From Folioceros fuciformis (lineage: Eukaryota), in contig JBNGIO010006316.1 of the NCBI GenBank assembly GCA_049999805.1, positions 381,034 to 426,039 of the forward strand: a stretch of 45,006 bases of DNA. Reading direction: 5' to 3'. A program made the translations under genes and the position numbers. This document shows, piece after piece, positions 1 through 14,797 of the stretch; position 1 is the first letter of the stretch; each line of letters begins with the position of its first letter. The notes under the pieces were generated by a model. It ran no database searches, was not told the DNA's origin, and worked only from the letters and a program-made list of their open reading frames with translations.

Positions 1-725
1 GTTTGAACATGGGTAGTATGAACGATGGTCGGAAGGACTGTGGTGTGGTAGTCGTCTTTGTACATGGGTTGGCTTCCCAGTGACGGGATGATGCGAAGGA
101 CTTGGCCGGCGTTTCCCGGCCTTGCCTTGCATGGAATGTGTGCATTTCCAGCCGCCCTTGCGTTGCCTCTGAAGGTGCTTTGCGTTCGTTCTCAACGATT
201 TCTGATTCTGGGTTGCGTGCGATTGTATGCAACTGTTCACACCGGCCCAGCGCAAACAGTTTTGTTTACAGGACGGATCCGCCTCAGCATTAGCTAGCGC
301 TATGGCTAGCGGGTCCTTCTCTTTGACCGCAAGCCCGTTCCCCCCCACTGGCAGATTCTTGACCTGCATCCAGGTTTGCTTTGCTTCCGGTTGTTCCAAC
401 GGTGGCGAATTCGGGATTCTGAGTTGGGCACTCATCCCCCGCCCAGATCCTGGCCCGGATCGTTGAGTTCCGTTCCCTTTTCTTACCAGCCAGGCCGGGG
501 CGCGGCGCGGCGCAGGCCTGTCCAGTGGTTTGTTTGCCGGCTTCTGGTTGCAGTTTGTAGATCTAGCTTCGCCTCGTGATTCGTAGTCGATGGAAGGTGC
601 TAGCTGCTTTTGCTGGCCATGTCGTACCTGGGGTGCTCTCCTGCGTGTGCTGAGAATAGACCGTGAGAATAGGCTCGCATTACGAGGATTTACTTACGAA
701 TACCGCTGTGGTTTTTTCTGTCCAG

Positions 726-3429
<2,704 letters not shown>

Positions 3430-3665
3430 CTCGGACTTGGGAGAACATATGTCCTTAGTATTTCCTCCCATTTGTCCCGATGCCTGTGCTTTACCTTAGT
3501 CTGCCAACTTTCATGTAGGTGAAAGGGCGGAAAAGGTGACCTTGGTGACGGGGATAGGGGGTTAGGGAGGGTCTTGTATTCCTAAATATGCGAGGGGTGG
3601 GAGGCTGGGTTATCCGGCGTTTGATTCAGAGATGAAGACTGGTTGGATTGCTGGTTTTGTTGTAG

Positions 3666-4333
3666 GTCCTTGTCCTGGATGAGGCTGACAGGCTGCTAGT
3701 CATGGGGTCTCAATGCCAAATCACTATAATTGCCCCCGAGTTGCCACAGCAGCGTAGGACGGGCCTCTTGACAGGTACTCAGACCTGAATTGCAAGAGCT
3801 GGCCAAAGCCAAGTTGCAGAATCCAGTGCGAGTGGAGGTGAAATTGAAGCGAAACAAGGTGCTAGGACGGTAGGAGGTTAAGCCTTCCAAGACCAGTCTG
3901 TCCAGCTTAAGCATTCAGGTATTTTTGTGGGAATAGGGGAGGGCTTTGGAAGTTTTTGCAGTCTATGGTTCTGCCTTCCTTTTTCTAGAAGGGGGAGCCT
4001 ATGTTTTCTGCTTCAGCCGCCTTATGGCTGTGCAGTACCTGACCTGTGAGGCGAATGAGAAGCCGTCTCAGCTGCTGGGGTTTGTAGCCACACCCGTTAA
4101 GCAAGACTGATCATGTAAGTACTGCGTGGCGTTGGGTGAAAGTGAGCCTTATTTTACCGATTTGGCAGCTGCTAGTGGATTCTTTCTCCCCCGCTCCTGC
4201 ACGGTGAAGCCTGCAATTTTGCACTGGATATTGCATGACTTGCAATTCTGTCAACTTCTGGGAAACTGTCCTACGCCAAGCAGGGCTTTTGAAGAATGTT
4301 CCCTCAGTATTTGTACATGTCAAGATGAAGCAG
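3666..4333 (+). pseudogene. DEAD-box RNA helicase (RH18/DDX55/Spb4-like) internal gene fragment, disrupted, introns retained
   Basis: After an AG acceptor at 3665 it reads [14 protein letters not shown]...[15 protein letters not shown], then a frameshift to ELQELAKAKLQNPVRVEV..*..KPSKT, an intron, YLTCEANEKPSQLL, an intron, and MTCNSVNFWETVL...VHVKMKQ|gt. Contains in-frame stops and a frameshift; no N- or C-terminal part seen. Confidence 0.85.
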
Positions 4334-4429
4334 GTAGGCTCTGCAGCAACGTCTCCCATTGCAGTCATCGAAAAGAATGGACCTTTCACAGAAGTGATGG
4401 AAACAGTTAGAAACGCAAAAAATGAAATG

Positions 4430-4918
4430 AAATGGTCATTATAAGTAGTCTCTCTTGAAGATGGTTTTTGAACATGATTGTATTGATGTTGACCTTGATG
4501 TTCTTCTAGTTGTTACCACAATTGATTTAGCTGATCATGATATTGATCACTTAGACATGTTGGAATCATCAAGACCGTGCTATTCATGAACAATATCCTC
4601 TAGCTCCTGTTTTTGAAGACAATGAAGATATAGATGGTAACTTAGTTGAACCAATTCTAGAGCCAGCGTGATTACTATTATGTTCCTGATTTTCGGTCTT
4701 CTTCTTATATCTACGCCCTTGCTCTCTCTTCCCTTGAATCCATCAGGAAGTTATGGATTACATTGTGAAGAATGGAGAAAAGCTAAAAGTTATTTAGTCT
4801 CAATATGATTGGCTCATTGAGAATAGAACATGGGAATTAGCTAAGCTATCAACTAGAAGGAAGGTAATGTTATGCAGATGGGTTTTTAAATTGAAAGTCA
4901 AATTTGATGTACCTTGGA
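4430..4918 (+). mobile_element. Degenerate Ty1/copia remnant (start of reverse transcriptase)
   Basis: 4801-4908 translates QYDWLIENRTWELAKLSTRRKVMLCRWVFKLKVKFD, the copia RT N-terminal signature (..N.TW.L...GRK.I.C.WVFK.K), preceded by EEWRKA in another frame. Left boundary is approximate. Confidence 0.75.
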
Positions 4919-5360
4919 TGTTGTGAAAGCAACATCTAGAAAACAAAACATTGCAATTCACAAGAATACCTAGAGATGAGCTTACTCATGGTGTTGCTAG
5001 AACATCCTTGGTCTCGATTATTAGATAAGTAATAGTTAAATGGAGGTAAGAGTTTACACCTATACAATTCACTGGATCTTCAATGGACATAGGATCTTTG
5101 CTAGAATATTTATTTTAGATAGAAATAGATATACATATACATAGTCATATACCTATAACTATATAACTAGTTAATCGCAACACCAATAGAACCTAAGGTT
5201 ATATGTGTACACTAGAGTTAGTCGTTGATGTGACATGAGAGAGCTTTGTGAAAGCCTATAATCCATTGAACATGCTTGGCTAAAATCTTTCTTATTTTGT
5301 TTCTAATAATCCTATTTGGGAAGGGTGATTCACTAAACTAGGGTGCGATTTCCGCTATCC
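4919..5360. mobile_element. Possible LTR-like segment interrupting the copia remnant
   Basis: AT-rich non-coding block that starts with TGTTG just after the copia RT homology stops, contains TATA-like runs and ends ...GATTTCCGCTATC. No second copy in the window to confirm. Confidence 0.3.
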
Positions 5361-5363
5361 TCT

Positions 5364-5470
5364 ATGAGGCCCTCAATCTATTGCAGCAGCATGTTGGTCA
5401 TGAGGCTCTCAATCTATTGCAGCATTACATTGGTCATGAAGCCTGAATCTATTGCAGCGACATCTTGTGA
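5364..5470. repeat. 36-bp tandem repeat, about 3 diverged copies
   Basis: ATGAGGCCCTCAATCTATTGCAGCAGCATGTTGGTC / ATGAGGCTCTCAATCTATTGCAGCATTACATTGGTC / ATGAAGCCTGAATCTATTGCAGCGACATC... Confidence 0.85.
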
Positions 5471-7035
5471 CCAACTGTTGTATTGCAGTAGTTGTGAACA
5501 GCTGTTATAGGGTTTGAAGGCATGATCTATAAATCCAAGCAATACAATCACTAAATTTTCCCAACCGATAAAGAGGATCACTAAATTCTGCCATGAGAGG
5601 ATTGATGGAGTGAAGGATCCTAGGCTCATAATGATATAGAGAATTTGGAGCTCAAGGATGGACCCGGGCAGCGAAGGTGATGAAGAGGTGTCAGCCGGAG
5701 AGGTGCCTACGGAGAGGACCTGATCCATCTCAGGTCCCCTCAGAGGGATTAGGTCCCCTCCAGGACGGACCAGGAGGATTTCAAGTTGCAGCATTGACGA
5801 CTGCAGCATACGAAAACCTTGTATCCTGCAGGCCCTTGGAGGTCGCCACGAAGCCCCAGAGGCGTCCGGGTAGTTAGAAGCTAGTAGGACTCGGACAGTA
5901 TCTACCGTCAGGGTAGATAGTAGCTGGTAGGACTCGGACTGTCTCTACCGCAACTCTCTCAAAAGCCTGCAGTTCAGATGCACGTAGGTTTGGCGTGCCC
6001 CTCATTGCATCCTGCATCGAAATTTGGGGGAAACAAATCTGCCCTCGACGTGAAGTTCCCTCCAAATTTCGTGCACGGCTTCCGAATCGGTTTCGTCTGA
6101 AACTTCTCAAAGTCGACACTCCGGGAGGGGAGGCCCACACGTGGAATTGGATTAACGCTTTGTTGGTAGTAGCATGAGCTGCGCAGAGCCAGACTCTGAG
6201 AGGGCGGTGCCTCGTGCTCCCCTGATGGACGCAACCCTTTGATGCATCATCCTTAATTACATCGACCTGCTGCATCTCCAGTCACAGTGCCTGCCCCGGC
6301 TCAAGGTGCTGCCAACGGGGCCGCCTCCCCTTCAGACTTCTCCACTGGATCCCATCCTGCTCGGCCGGCAATGGCCAATGCAGAATTCGGCAGAAGGGGT
6401 CCAGCTTCGGCGGACCACCTTCATATCGGCGCCGGCGCGGGCTCCATTCCGAATCCACAGGATGGTGCCCAGGAGACCTAAGACGTTCCCGAGCCCGAGC
6501 GCTGCCGGCGACGTGCACGAGGCGCATTTGAACTCTCGGCCTGACTTCCCAACGGTGCCATCCTCCTTTGGCTGCCCGCCTGACCTTTCTTGGTGAACAA
6601 AGCTGCTGGCAATGGCCCAGCCCCAGACACTGTACCGGTCATCTCGTCCACCTTCTGAGAACCTGGGACAATTTCATGCCCTTCCTTCCGAAGAGAAGGC
6701 AGGTCTACACCTCCTACCATGTGTCGCCTACCATCACCACAGTTTCGTTCTTTCCGTTCGGATCCGACAACAGGATGGACATAAATGGCTGGAATTCCAT
6801 CCGTAATTGAGGTTTTGTTTCTATGAAACTTTTCAGTGTTACCCTCCTGTACTGGATGGTAAACTGAGATTGAAGTCCATTACCGACAACCGTTCAAGAG
6901 GCTCGCCGTGTGTATGGAAGGAACTACATGACTACTAACTAATGACTTTCCGGGATCCACTTCCGAAATGTTCCAAATCCTACAACAAACATTCAGGAGT
7001 TTGATGGAGGCAGCTCATGCTCAGGCCTAGGCCTA

Positions 7036-7809
7036 TCATGATTGTTGGACAGGGCTGTCAGATGAAGTGACCTCCTTGGTAGCCTCTATCGCGGCTTCTA
7101 GTACGAACTTCTTCAGCTCTCCCAAGTCACGTGAACCTAGATCAGAACAACCATCAGACTCAAGGTGCCGAGAGAAACATGACTGTAGTGACGGGTAGTC
7201 TACACTTGACTACATGCAACAACTCCTGATGGTCTAAGTTCAAGCATCTTGTCTTCGTGGATCACGGTACCTGAGTACTTTCTCATCTCCTCGCCGTTGT
7301 AGTACAGCTTGAGAGTGGGGTAAGATCGAATGTCATGCTTGTTACAGGTGGCCTTGCTGGTGGTGCAGTCCACGTGTGCTATTTCCACACCAGTCTCAGA
7401 CTCTAAGGCCAGCCCCAACTCGTCCCAGGTAGGAGCCAGTCGCTTGCTGGTGAGAACAGGCAGCACGAAATCAGGTCACTCGGTGCCTGGATGAGGAAAA
7501 GGTCGAACGAAAACGTAGTGTCGCACTTAGTAAGGCCGGTCACATACCAGTGTCCACACCATGGTGCGAAGAACTTAATGAACCATACAGTGTCCTTCTC
7601 TTTCACCTGCACAGCACTCAAACATGAGACTGAGAACTTGGCAAAAAGGAAAGGAAATCGGTGCTCTGAGTGAGGGTAGGATGCCCGCGCGCGACCTTGT
7701 CATCGAAAGTGTCGTCGGTGAGCACCACCACATGCTCGCCGGCCTGTGCCACACGCGCCACCGCCGCTAGCAGCGCCAGGAGGAGGAGCAAAACGCGAGC
7801 GGACGCCAT
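7036..7809 (-). CDS. Single-domain protein disulfide isomerase-like thioredoxin (PDIL5-1-like), 4 exons
   Basis: Exons 7809-7696, 7606-7548, 7446-7271, 7136-7036, all GT-AG. Signal peptide MASARVLLLLLALLAAVARVAQAG, active site FFAPWCGHC (last codon split by an intron), VDCT and SYPTLK motifs. Confidence 0.93.
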
Positions 7810-7994
7810 AGCCGTTAATCGGGAAAAGCTCGGAACTTGCAAGCTAAGCTTCGAAAAGGGTGGGCAGGAATCCAGGGGAATAAGGTAACCTGTTTAAGAG
7901 AGTGCACAGCGTGCTACTGCCAAAGACATAAGTATAGGGCTTGACAAACCTAAAGTTTTTAAACCTCGAAAACGGAACCGAGGTGACTTGTTTG

Positions 7995-8033
7995 GTCTGG
8001 TCAAACTACCGGGATCGGTCAGTTTGACCAGAC
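7995..8033. repeat. Inverted repeat/hairpin in the NADK-PDIL intergenic region
   Basis: GTCTGGTCAAACT (7995-8007) pairs perfectly with AGTTTGACCAGAC (8021-8033). Inner ACCG/CGGT stem, GGAT loop and one bulged C. Confidence 0.85.
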
Positions 8034-8198
8034 AATCGCACATTTACAGTACATGTATGTATGTACATTTTGTCCACAGAAAGACAGAAGAAGTCAGCTA
8101 GATTCGATCACCCCACGTTGTAGACGTAGGGCTAATCAAATTAACAGATAATAAATTGATGGTCATAGTGTACATGAATACAATAAGTGGCCGCTTAG

Positions 8199-11100
8199 TC
8201 AGGAGGGAAACAATTCCTTCTGCTCCCGCCGTTCGTTCCAGTTCAAGCACCTCACCAAGCTGGAAAACCAGTCATTCGTTTGATCGGACTTGTTCACCGT
8301 GGGAACAGGGTGTTGGCTCATGCCGACGCGCACCGAGTCTCCTTTCCTCAACTGTTGCCTTCTCTTGCCATCGAAGGAAACCCAGGCATTGTTGCGAGCG
8401 TCAGATGGAACCTGGAGAACATCACCAGGTCTCAGCCAGCATTCCAGGAACAGCGTGCACGCTAGATCTATCGTAACTGGACCTCTTCTCACCTTTAATT
8501 CAAGCAAAGCAGAGTCCGGCAGGATCACGGGCCGGAAGGACAGTGAGTGCGGGCAAATTGGGGTAAACAGCATGCAGGGCACGTTTGGGTGAACCTACAG
8601 TGTGTTACACAATGGAGCACAAACGTGTCATATGAGTCGACAGAGCTTCTACCTGGTGACCCGACAACACAAACACATGGACGTAGAACTGTACCATAGA
8701 ACCGCCGGCGGCAGTTGAGTAAGCTGTACTGCCGGTAGGTGTGGCCACTAGTACGCCGTCAGCTTGTACCTGTGCGACATTACCAAAATGCAAGGGTTGG
8801 TGGTCATGGAATGCCACCCACGCCACCCTCAAGATATTGGAACTGGAATGCCTCGACGCACAAATACCTTGGTTATTAGACGGTTCCGCTCATAACACTC
8901 TATCTTGGAAAGATAAGGATTGGAGCCGCGATCCACCACAACCTCGTTCATGACTTCGAACACTTTCCCAGGAATAGCCCTGCCTTCTCTGAAGAGTTCG
9001 CAACGCAACCTCATCCGAAGGGTAATGTAGACACCCATCCCGCTGTTCCCATATATGATTGCCCGTAGAGCTTGCCTGAAATTTTCAAACTGCTCGACAA
9101 CACAAGAAAGGAATCAGCCAGTCAGCGTAATCAACAGGCTCAACCGCAGACTGGCTGTGGCAAGGGGGCCTTGGAAATACGCACCGGATGTGCTGTGAGA
9201 AAGCCCAAGGAGCCCAGATTAAAGGACACAACTGGCGGCACAGCATTGCGAAACAGGTTGGATGCATGGAGGATTACACCATCTCCACCTAAGCAAACTA
9301 CGAAGTCCACCCGTTCATGAAGCTCTCTGCATACATCACAATGCTGATTAGCAAACCTTTGCAGACAACGAAATATTGCCCAGGAAAGGTTTGGATACTG
9401 CGTGCGCAAGAAGGATTTGCAGTGGGCAGGGTAAGTACCCGACGTCTTGATTATAAAACGTTTGAACATAACCAAAGCCAGGAGACCTTGCAAAGAGGTC
9501 ATGTGCTTCAGGCTCGACCATGACATTCATCCCTTCATTATGGAGAAAGGCTGCCACCTAAATCAACCCCACAACATCATTAATTGAAAGCTAATACAGA
9601 GTCTGCGACTGCATCAACCTGAAAAAAGTGATACCCACCTGCTCTGCTTCCTCCATCAGCTCAGTGCCGAGCTTCTTAAGCAACAGTACAGTCTTCGGAG
9701 GCGTTTTCCACATAAGCATTTGCTGTTGAGTGCTTGGATGTGTGAACGCTAGCGTCGACTCCATTACCCGTTCCCTTGTACACGAGAAGCCGTCTGTTCT
9801 CACAAGATACATTTCTGCTTTTCTCCTGGACTGCACTCGTACAACGCCGGTTGTGGATGCACACATGTCTCCTTCTACTGGGATCGGGTCGTCCACATCG
9901 TCTAGGACCTGATAGTTGTCACCAACCCCAACGAGTGCTCCATTGAAAGATGCGGTTGGGAAACTAGCAGCGTTTCCATTTGTGCCTGTGAGACTGTCAG
10001 AGACTTGAGGATTGCTCCCAGTCACTTGCTGCTCAGCACCAGCACTTGTGTCTGCATTGCCTCCTGGGCTGGCAAAACCATTCTCAGACCGTTTGCTCAA
10101 GCTCCCTGTCACGATGGACACTGCATCTTTGACAGGCGGACCAGCAATCGGAATCCCAGGACTCGACGGACCCCATTTTCCAGCTGCACCAGCTATATTC
10201 TCCGAGTTTGTAAGGCCCTGGCTCATATTGGACCTTCCGGCTGATGAAATACCTTGTGAGGGTTTGATAGGTCGCAGAGGAGGAGATATCTTCCTTTTGA
10301 GAAATGTCGCCATACCTTGCTTAGTGAAAGCATCTGGACCAGGTCTTTGAGCCTCGAATGGACTTGCAACCATCTTAAATGGTGACCGTTCTGCCACAAT
10401 GGTAGGGAAGGCTCCATTCCCTACGACAGGCAGCAAGCGAACTACATCATTCCCGCCACCTACCTGAATCCGCTCTATTTGCTCTCCAGCCACAGAGGTA
10501 TCCCTCCCAGAACTTGTGTTGCTGACCTCAGAAAAAATTGCCTCACCTACAGGCTGAGGGCCAGTCGGCAGCTCAATTGCAAGCACACCGTTCACCCGAT
10601 CTACATGAGCTCCCACCAGACTGCTACCCTGGGCCTCATGCAAAAAAAACTCTTTCCATCTAGCGACCATGGAGCACGGTCTTCTAACCCCTCTCCGACT
10701 GAGAATCACAGCCTCATCGTCCTTCATCCTTCCCACCAGACCAGCGAACTCCTTGACCTGGTCCCTCGACGGAGCAGTTCCTGCAGCCACGGGAATTCTG
10801 ACAACCTGCACCCTTCCAGAGTCCACAGCGCTATTTAAAGCTGGGTCAAGCACAAGGCTACGCTCATTCCCTTCTCTGAGATCAATCAGCAATTTAAACC
10901 CTCTCTGCAGAAGCCATTCCAAACCTGTGTCAGTCATCCGACCCCCTCTCCATAACCTACACAACGTTGGCTCAGGCTTGTTTTGCCCTATACTAGACAC
11001 CAAGTCGACCAAAGCAAAGTTCGGAATATCTCCAGGGCTGGGGGCCCCTTCAGCACGTGGAGCTCCAGCATCCACACACACATTCCTCAGTCTATCCAGA

Positions 11101-11998
11101 CACCGATGCACAGCGCCCTCCGCATTCCGATCCTCGCTCAATGCCATCAGGGTCGTAAGTCCCACTTGCAGAGCATCACAGCACTTGAGCATCTCCTCCC
11201 GGAATTGAGCAACAGGATGGAAGCTCGCTTTTCCCCCGTTCCCGTCGGATCGACCAAGCTTCCAACTGGGCAAATCGATGAACTTTCCCCCGAAGAGCTG
11301 CTCTTTGCCGTCGTCCAGAAGCCAGGCCAGCCGAGCAAGTCCCACCACCACTGCCTCCTCCACATCGGGAACGTCCACCAGCAGGCCATCGGAGTTCAAA
11401 TTCCGAATAGAGTCTAGAACAGTAGCATGCAGCTCCTCCCCTCCTCTGTAGATCCGGCAGAAGGCCTCAACATAAGCGAGCCCACCCAGCCCCCGGCCGG
11501 AAGTGGATTCTCTACACAACTCCTCCTGCGCCTGCAAACAAGAGCAGCCCAGCCCGTGCATACATTCCCAGATTCACCTCCACCCGCCAAGAGCATGTCC
11601 GGACGAAGGCACGACGCACGCACTCACGTACACACCTGAATTCGAATTGCCTCGTCCTCGGATAGAGGATTCCAGGGCTCATCGTCACCTTGTGCTCCGC
11701 CGGCGTCAGCAAGTACCCTGTGGCCCCGAGATGTACAGTGAAGCTTTCGCGGCAGCAATGAGATCCTCCGACAATCCCAATCCCTTTCATACTGCCTGCT
11801 TCTGCCGCCGTTGAGCTTCCTCCGTCCAGCTGTGAGAAGCGGCTCGCAGGAGGCGTGGGAGGAGGAACAGACGGATGACCGATTGCGAGGGGCCAGTTCC
11901 GAAGAAGCGCAACTGGAGGAGACTGGAGAAGCCTTGACTGCGGTAGAGCAGCACACACACCGGGAGGGCGGAGGTCGGGCCAGGACGGCATCCGCCAT
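8199..11998 (-). CDS. NADK2: NAD kinase 2-like (chloroplastic), about 7 exons
   Basis: Ser/Arg/Cys-rich transit-peptide-like exon from ATG 11998. N-terminal WRGG..TG LEWL..GFK..IDLR domain, MYLVRTDGFSCTRE..FTHPSTQQQMLMWK, kinase motifs CLGGDG, MNEVVVDRG and DGVLVATPTGSTAYS, ending LNWNERREQK. Stop at 8199-8201. Confidence 0.95.
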
Positions 11999-12164
11999 CG
12001 GAGAGGGCGAATTGGCTCTCCCCGAGAGGAGCCGGGTGGTGTGCGCACGGACACGATTGCAATGCACCTTGCCTTGGCTGCTTAGACTTGGTTTTTACAC
12101 AGACTACAACTGCTGAGCAGCGGATTTTAGGATTTCCCAAACACACAAAAGCTTGGCAAACCGA

Positions 12165-14050
12165 CTAGCACGTCTCTGGATTGGGCGGCAAGCTCTCGTC
12201 GCTGCTAACGACGCCCGGCTCCCTCTCTATCTTTACTATGAGCGGAGTCTGCAGATCAGAATCCGCTGTGTCCAGCACCACCGCCACAGCATCTCCAGCG
12301 CTTTCATCCACAGCTCTTCTCAGCTCATCCCTTGCTATCCGGGTTATAAGTGCCACGGCCACCACTATCACGAGAAAACACCACGACTCGGACGTCAATA
12401 CAAATTCATTAGTGAGAAAAGAAAGATTGAACTCTTTTCCGTCAGACTGGACTTACCGGTTGAGAATAATCCTACAATGAGGAGCACCTGCCAGAGAAAC
12501 ACCGGGTTGAGTCGTCCACGACAAGGAAAAGGGGAAAAAAAAAAAAAAAATCCAGCTGAGAGACGTGGGTAGTGAGGAGAGCAATACCCAGCGGAAAGGG
12601 GTGAACTCGCTGCCACCGTGCGCTATATCTGAGATATCCTTGATGGTGGTCCCCACGTAAACTAAGGCTAGGGTCACGGGCTGCAAGCATAACAGATGTA
12701 AATGAAAAGTTGGAAATGGAGAATGGCTGTTTCGCTTGCACGCGTATGCTGATTTCCCGACTAGAAAACAGCTCAAAAGGTGCAGACAAACCTTACCATC
12801 ATGCCGATGTAGGAGCCAAGAACGTAACTGTAGAGGCTCACTGGCGTCACCGAGAGCAGGTAGTTTAGAACATTGAATGGGAGAAGAGGTACGAGACGCA
12901 AGAGCAAGACAATCTGCGAACACGCCACAGAGCCAAGACAGTGAGGCCACGTGAGGAGGGGTAACCGCAGATGCTCGCTCATACGTGATGACATAAGGAA
13001 CTGGATACTGGAGCAAACAAGAAATGTAAGAGGTGAACAGCGAGATCACTTCAGGCGAGGCAACCACAGACGCTCACACGTGATAACATAGAGAATTGGA
13101 TACTGGAGCAAACAAGAGATGTAAGAGGTTAGGGGAAGACCTTAAATCCGGATTTTTGAACAGCAATGGCGACAGCCTGAAACTGGGGATAGTCTTTCAA
13201 CTTGGAGGTGACGTAACTTCTGCCAATCTGTACAGCAAGTTTTGTCCGTCAGGAGGGGTTTCCTTACAGGACCGACAGCAGGCCATAAAGTCAGCCAGCT
13301 ACGGCTTTACTCGCAGGCTGAAGAATGAATCCTATTCCACACCATAAGTGGAAAGACAGGCTAATTGGTACACATACCGTCTTGCCAACAAGGAAAGCAG
13401 CTGTGGCGCCAGCTGTAGCTCCAATACAGTCAGTTGCGAAGCCTTTCAGTAGGCCAAAAAGGTAGCCACCACCTAACTGCATGGTCGAATTCATACGTTG
13501 TAAAAGGAGCATGACAAGGCGATGCTTCAGCCTACTACTCAAGGGTTACCAAGGACCCCAAGAATCAGGAAAGAAGCAACATACTGTTAGTATGGATGCA
13601 GGAATGGCCAGAATTGTGCAGGGGATGTAAGCGAGTGCCCTACACACAAGACAAGGAGCGAAGGATGCGAAGTCTCAGAATCCCTGCAACCTTTACATGT
13701 CCTGTTAACAATCTGGGACTGTGTGTGTGGGTCAAGGGGGAGTGAGTATCAAAACACGGAAGGAGTTCGCAAGGTGAAGATACTTACAGAACAGCTGGGC
13801 CCCAAGGACCCACATCTTTCTGCACCCAAACGAGGAACTTGTAGAAAATCTGCGCCGAAATCCCGGCGGTGTGTGAGGAGAGGCAAGAAGGGGATTTCCT
13901 TCCGATTGAAAGCAGCATGTGCAATGAAGGACAGGGTAGGAGGAGGCGACTGACCTTTTCGACGGGAAATGTGAAGCAGGCCAGGAGAGCAGAAGCGAGG
14001 AAGAGTATGAGCACGGATGCTCGCCAGATGGTAGGCCAGTGTGGCCTCAT
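12165..14050 (-). CDS. TVP38/TMEM64 (SNARE-associated Golgi/DedA-VTT) membrane protein, about 9 exons
   Basis: ATG 14050 MRPHWPTIWR. Exons give GPWGPAVLALAYIPCTILAIPASILTLGGGYLFG, KLKDYPQFQAVAIAVQKSGFK, IVLLLRLVPLLPFNVLNYLLSVTPV and PVTLALVYVGTT. Stop ends at 12165. Confidence 0.92.
12970..13129. repeat. Direct duplication of about 60 bp inside a TVP38 intron
   Basis: GGATACTGGAGCAAACAAGA(A/G)ATGTAAGAGGT at ~13003 and ~13098, each preceded by GCTCA(T/C)ACGTGAT(G/A)ACATA. Confidence 0.8.
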
Positions 14051-14797
14051 CTTTGTGAATCTATGGAGAGGCCTAAGGCTGCCAGCGTTGGTGAGGAGGG
14101 CCCGCTTGCCGGGCACTCGGGCCCTTAGAAGACCTAAAGTCGCCAGGCTGCAGCAGTAGAATAAAATCGAGGCAGCGGATGCAAATCAGCCCAGCCGTGT
14201 GTTCCATTCCATGCGGACTTGCGAGTCAGGAGCGAGCGATGATGAATTAGGTTGGACAGTTGCTTCACAGATCAGCACAAGACAATGAAGTGGAGGGTGT
14301 GGCGACCGGAAAGCGCAAAGGGACACGTTCCCGAGCACAAGAGAAGGGAAGCGAAGTGGACGCTTATGAACGGAAACCACGAAACGGGTGGAACAGCACA
14401 AGGAATAGCAAGCGAACCAAGACGACAATTCACAAAATCAGCCGTGGACAGCGCGCTCTTCAGCCTTTTGCCAGGTTAAGGCCCGGGTATACTATTCCAG
14501 AAACAAATTCATGGTGCGATGCGTTGCGCATGCAGCTCAGTCCGAAAAAAACCATTTACAAACGAACCCGGCTGTCGGGCAAGTGGGATTTGAGCCAACT
14601 TCACTAGCTGTCCCCTGAAGGTTTCCTCAAACAATATCTAAGACGGCGACTGTAAGCTGTTGGTGAGTAACTGCGGCCGCAGACCGAAAGCTTTCAGCTA
14701 CTAAACTCCTAAGTATCTACTGCGCGAAAAAAATATTCGACAGACAGCTCCACTGCTCATTGCTGCCCCGGCTATACGACAAAAGCCCCAGAGGTCG

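Noticed and set aside
1..590. Short ORFs and possible ncRNA at the window start
   Set aside because: No recognisable protein or RNA motifs; more simply the GH1 promoter/5'UTR, with a possible UTR intron at ~374-560.
5364..5470. 36-bp repeats as a CRISPR array
   Set aside because: Units are contiguous with no unique spacers, there are no cas genes, and the context is eukaryotic.
10640..10960. Phosphatase-like domain fused to NAD kinase as a novel fusion
   Set aside because: This N-terminal extension is a known feature of plant NADK2 proteins.
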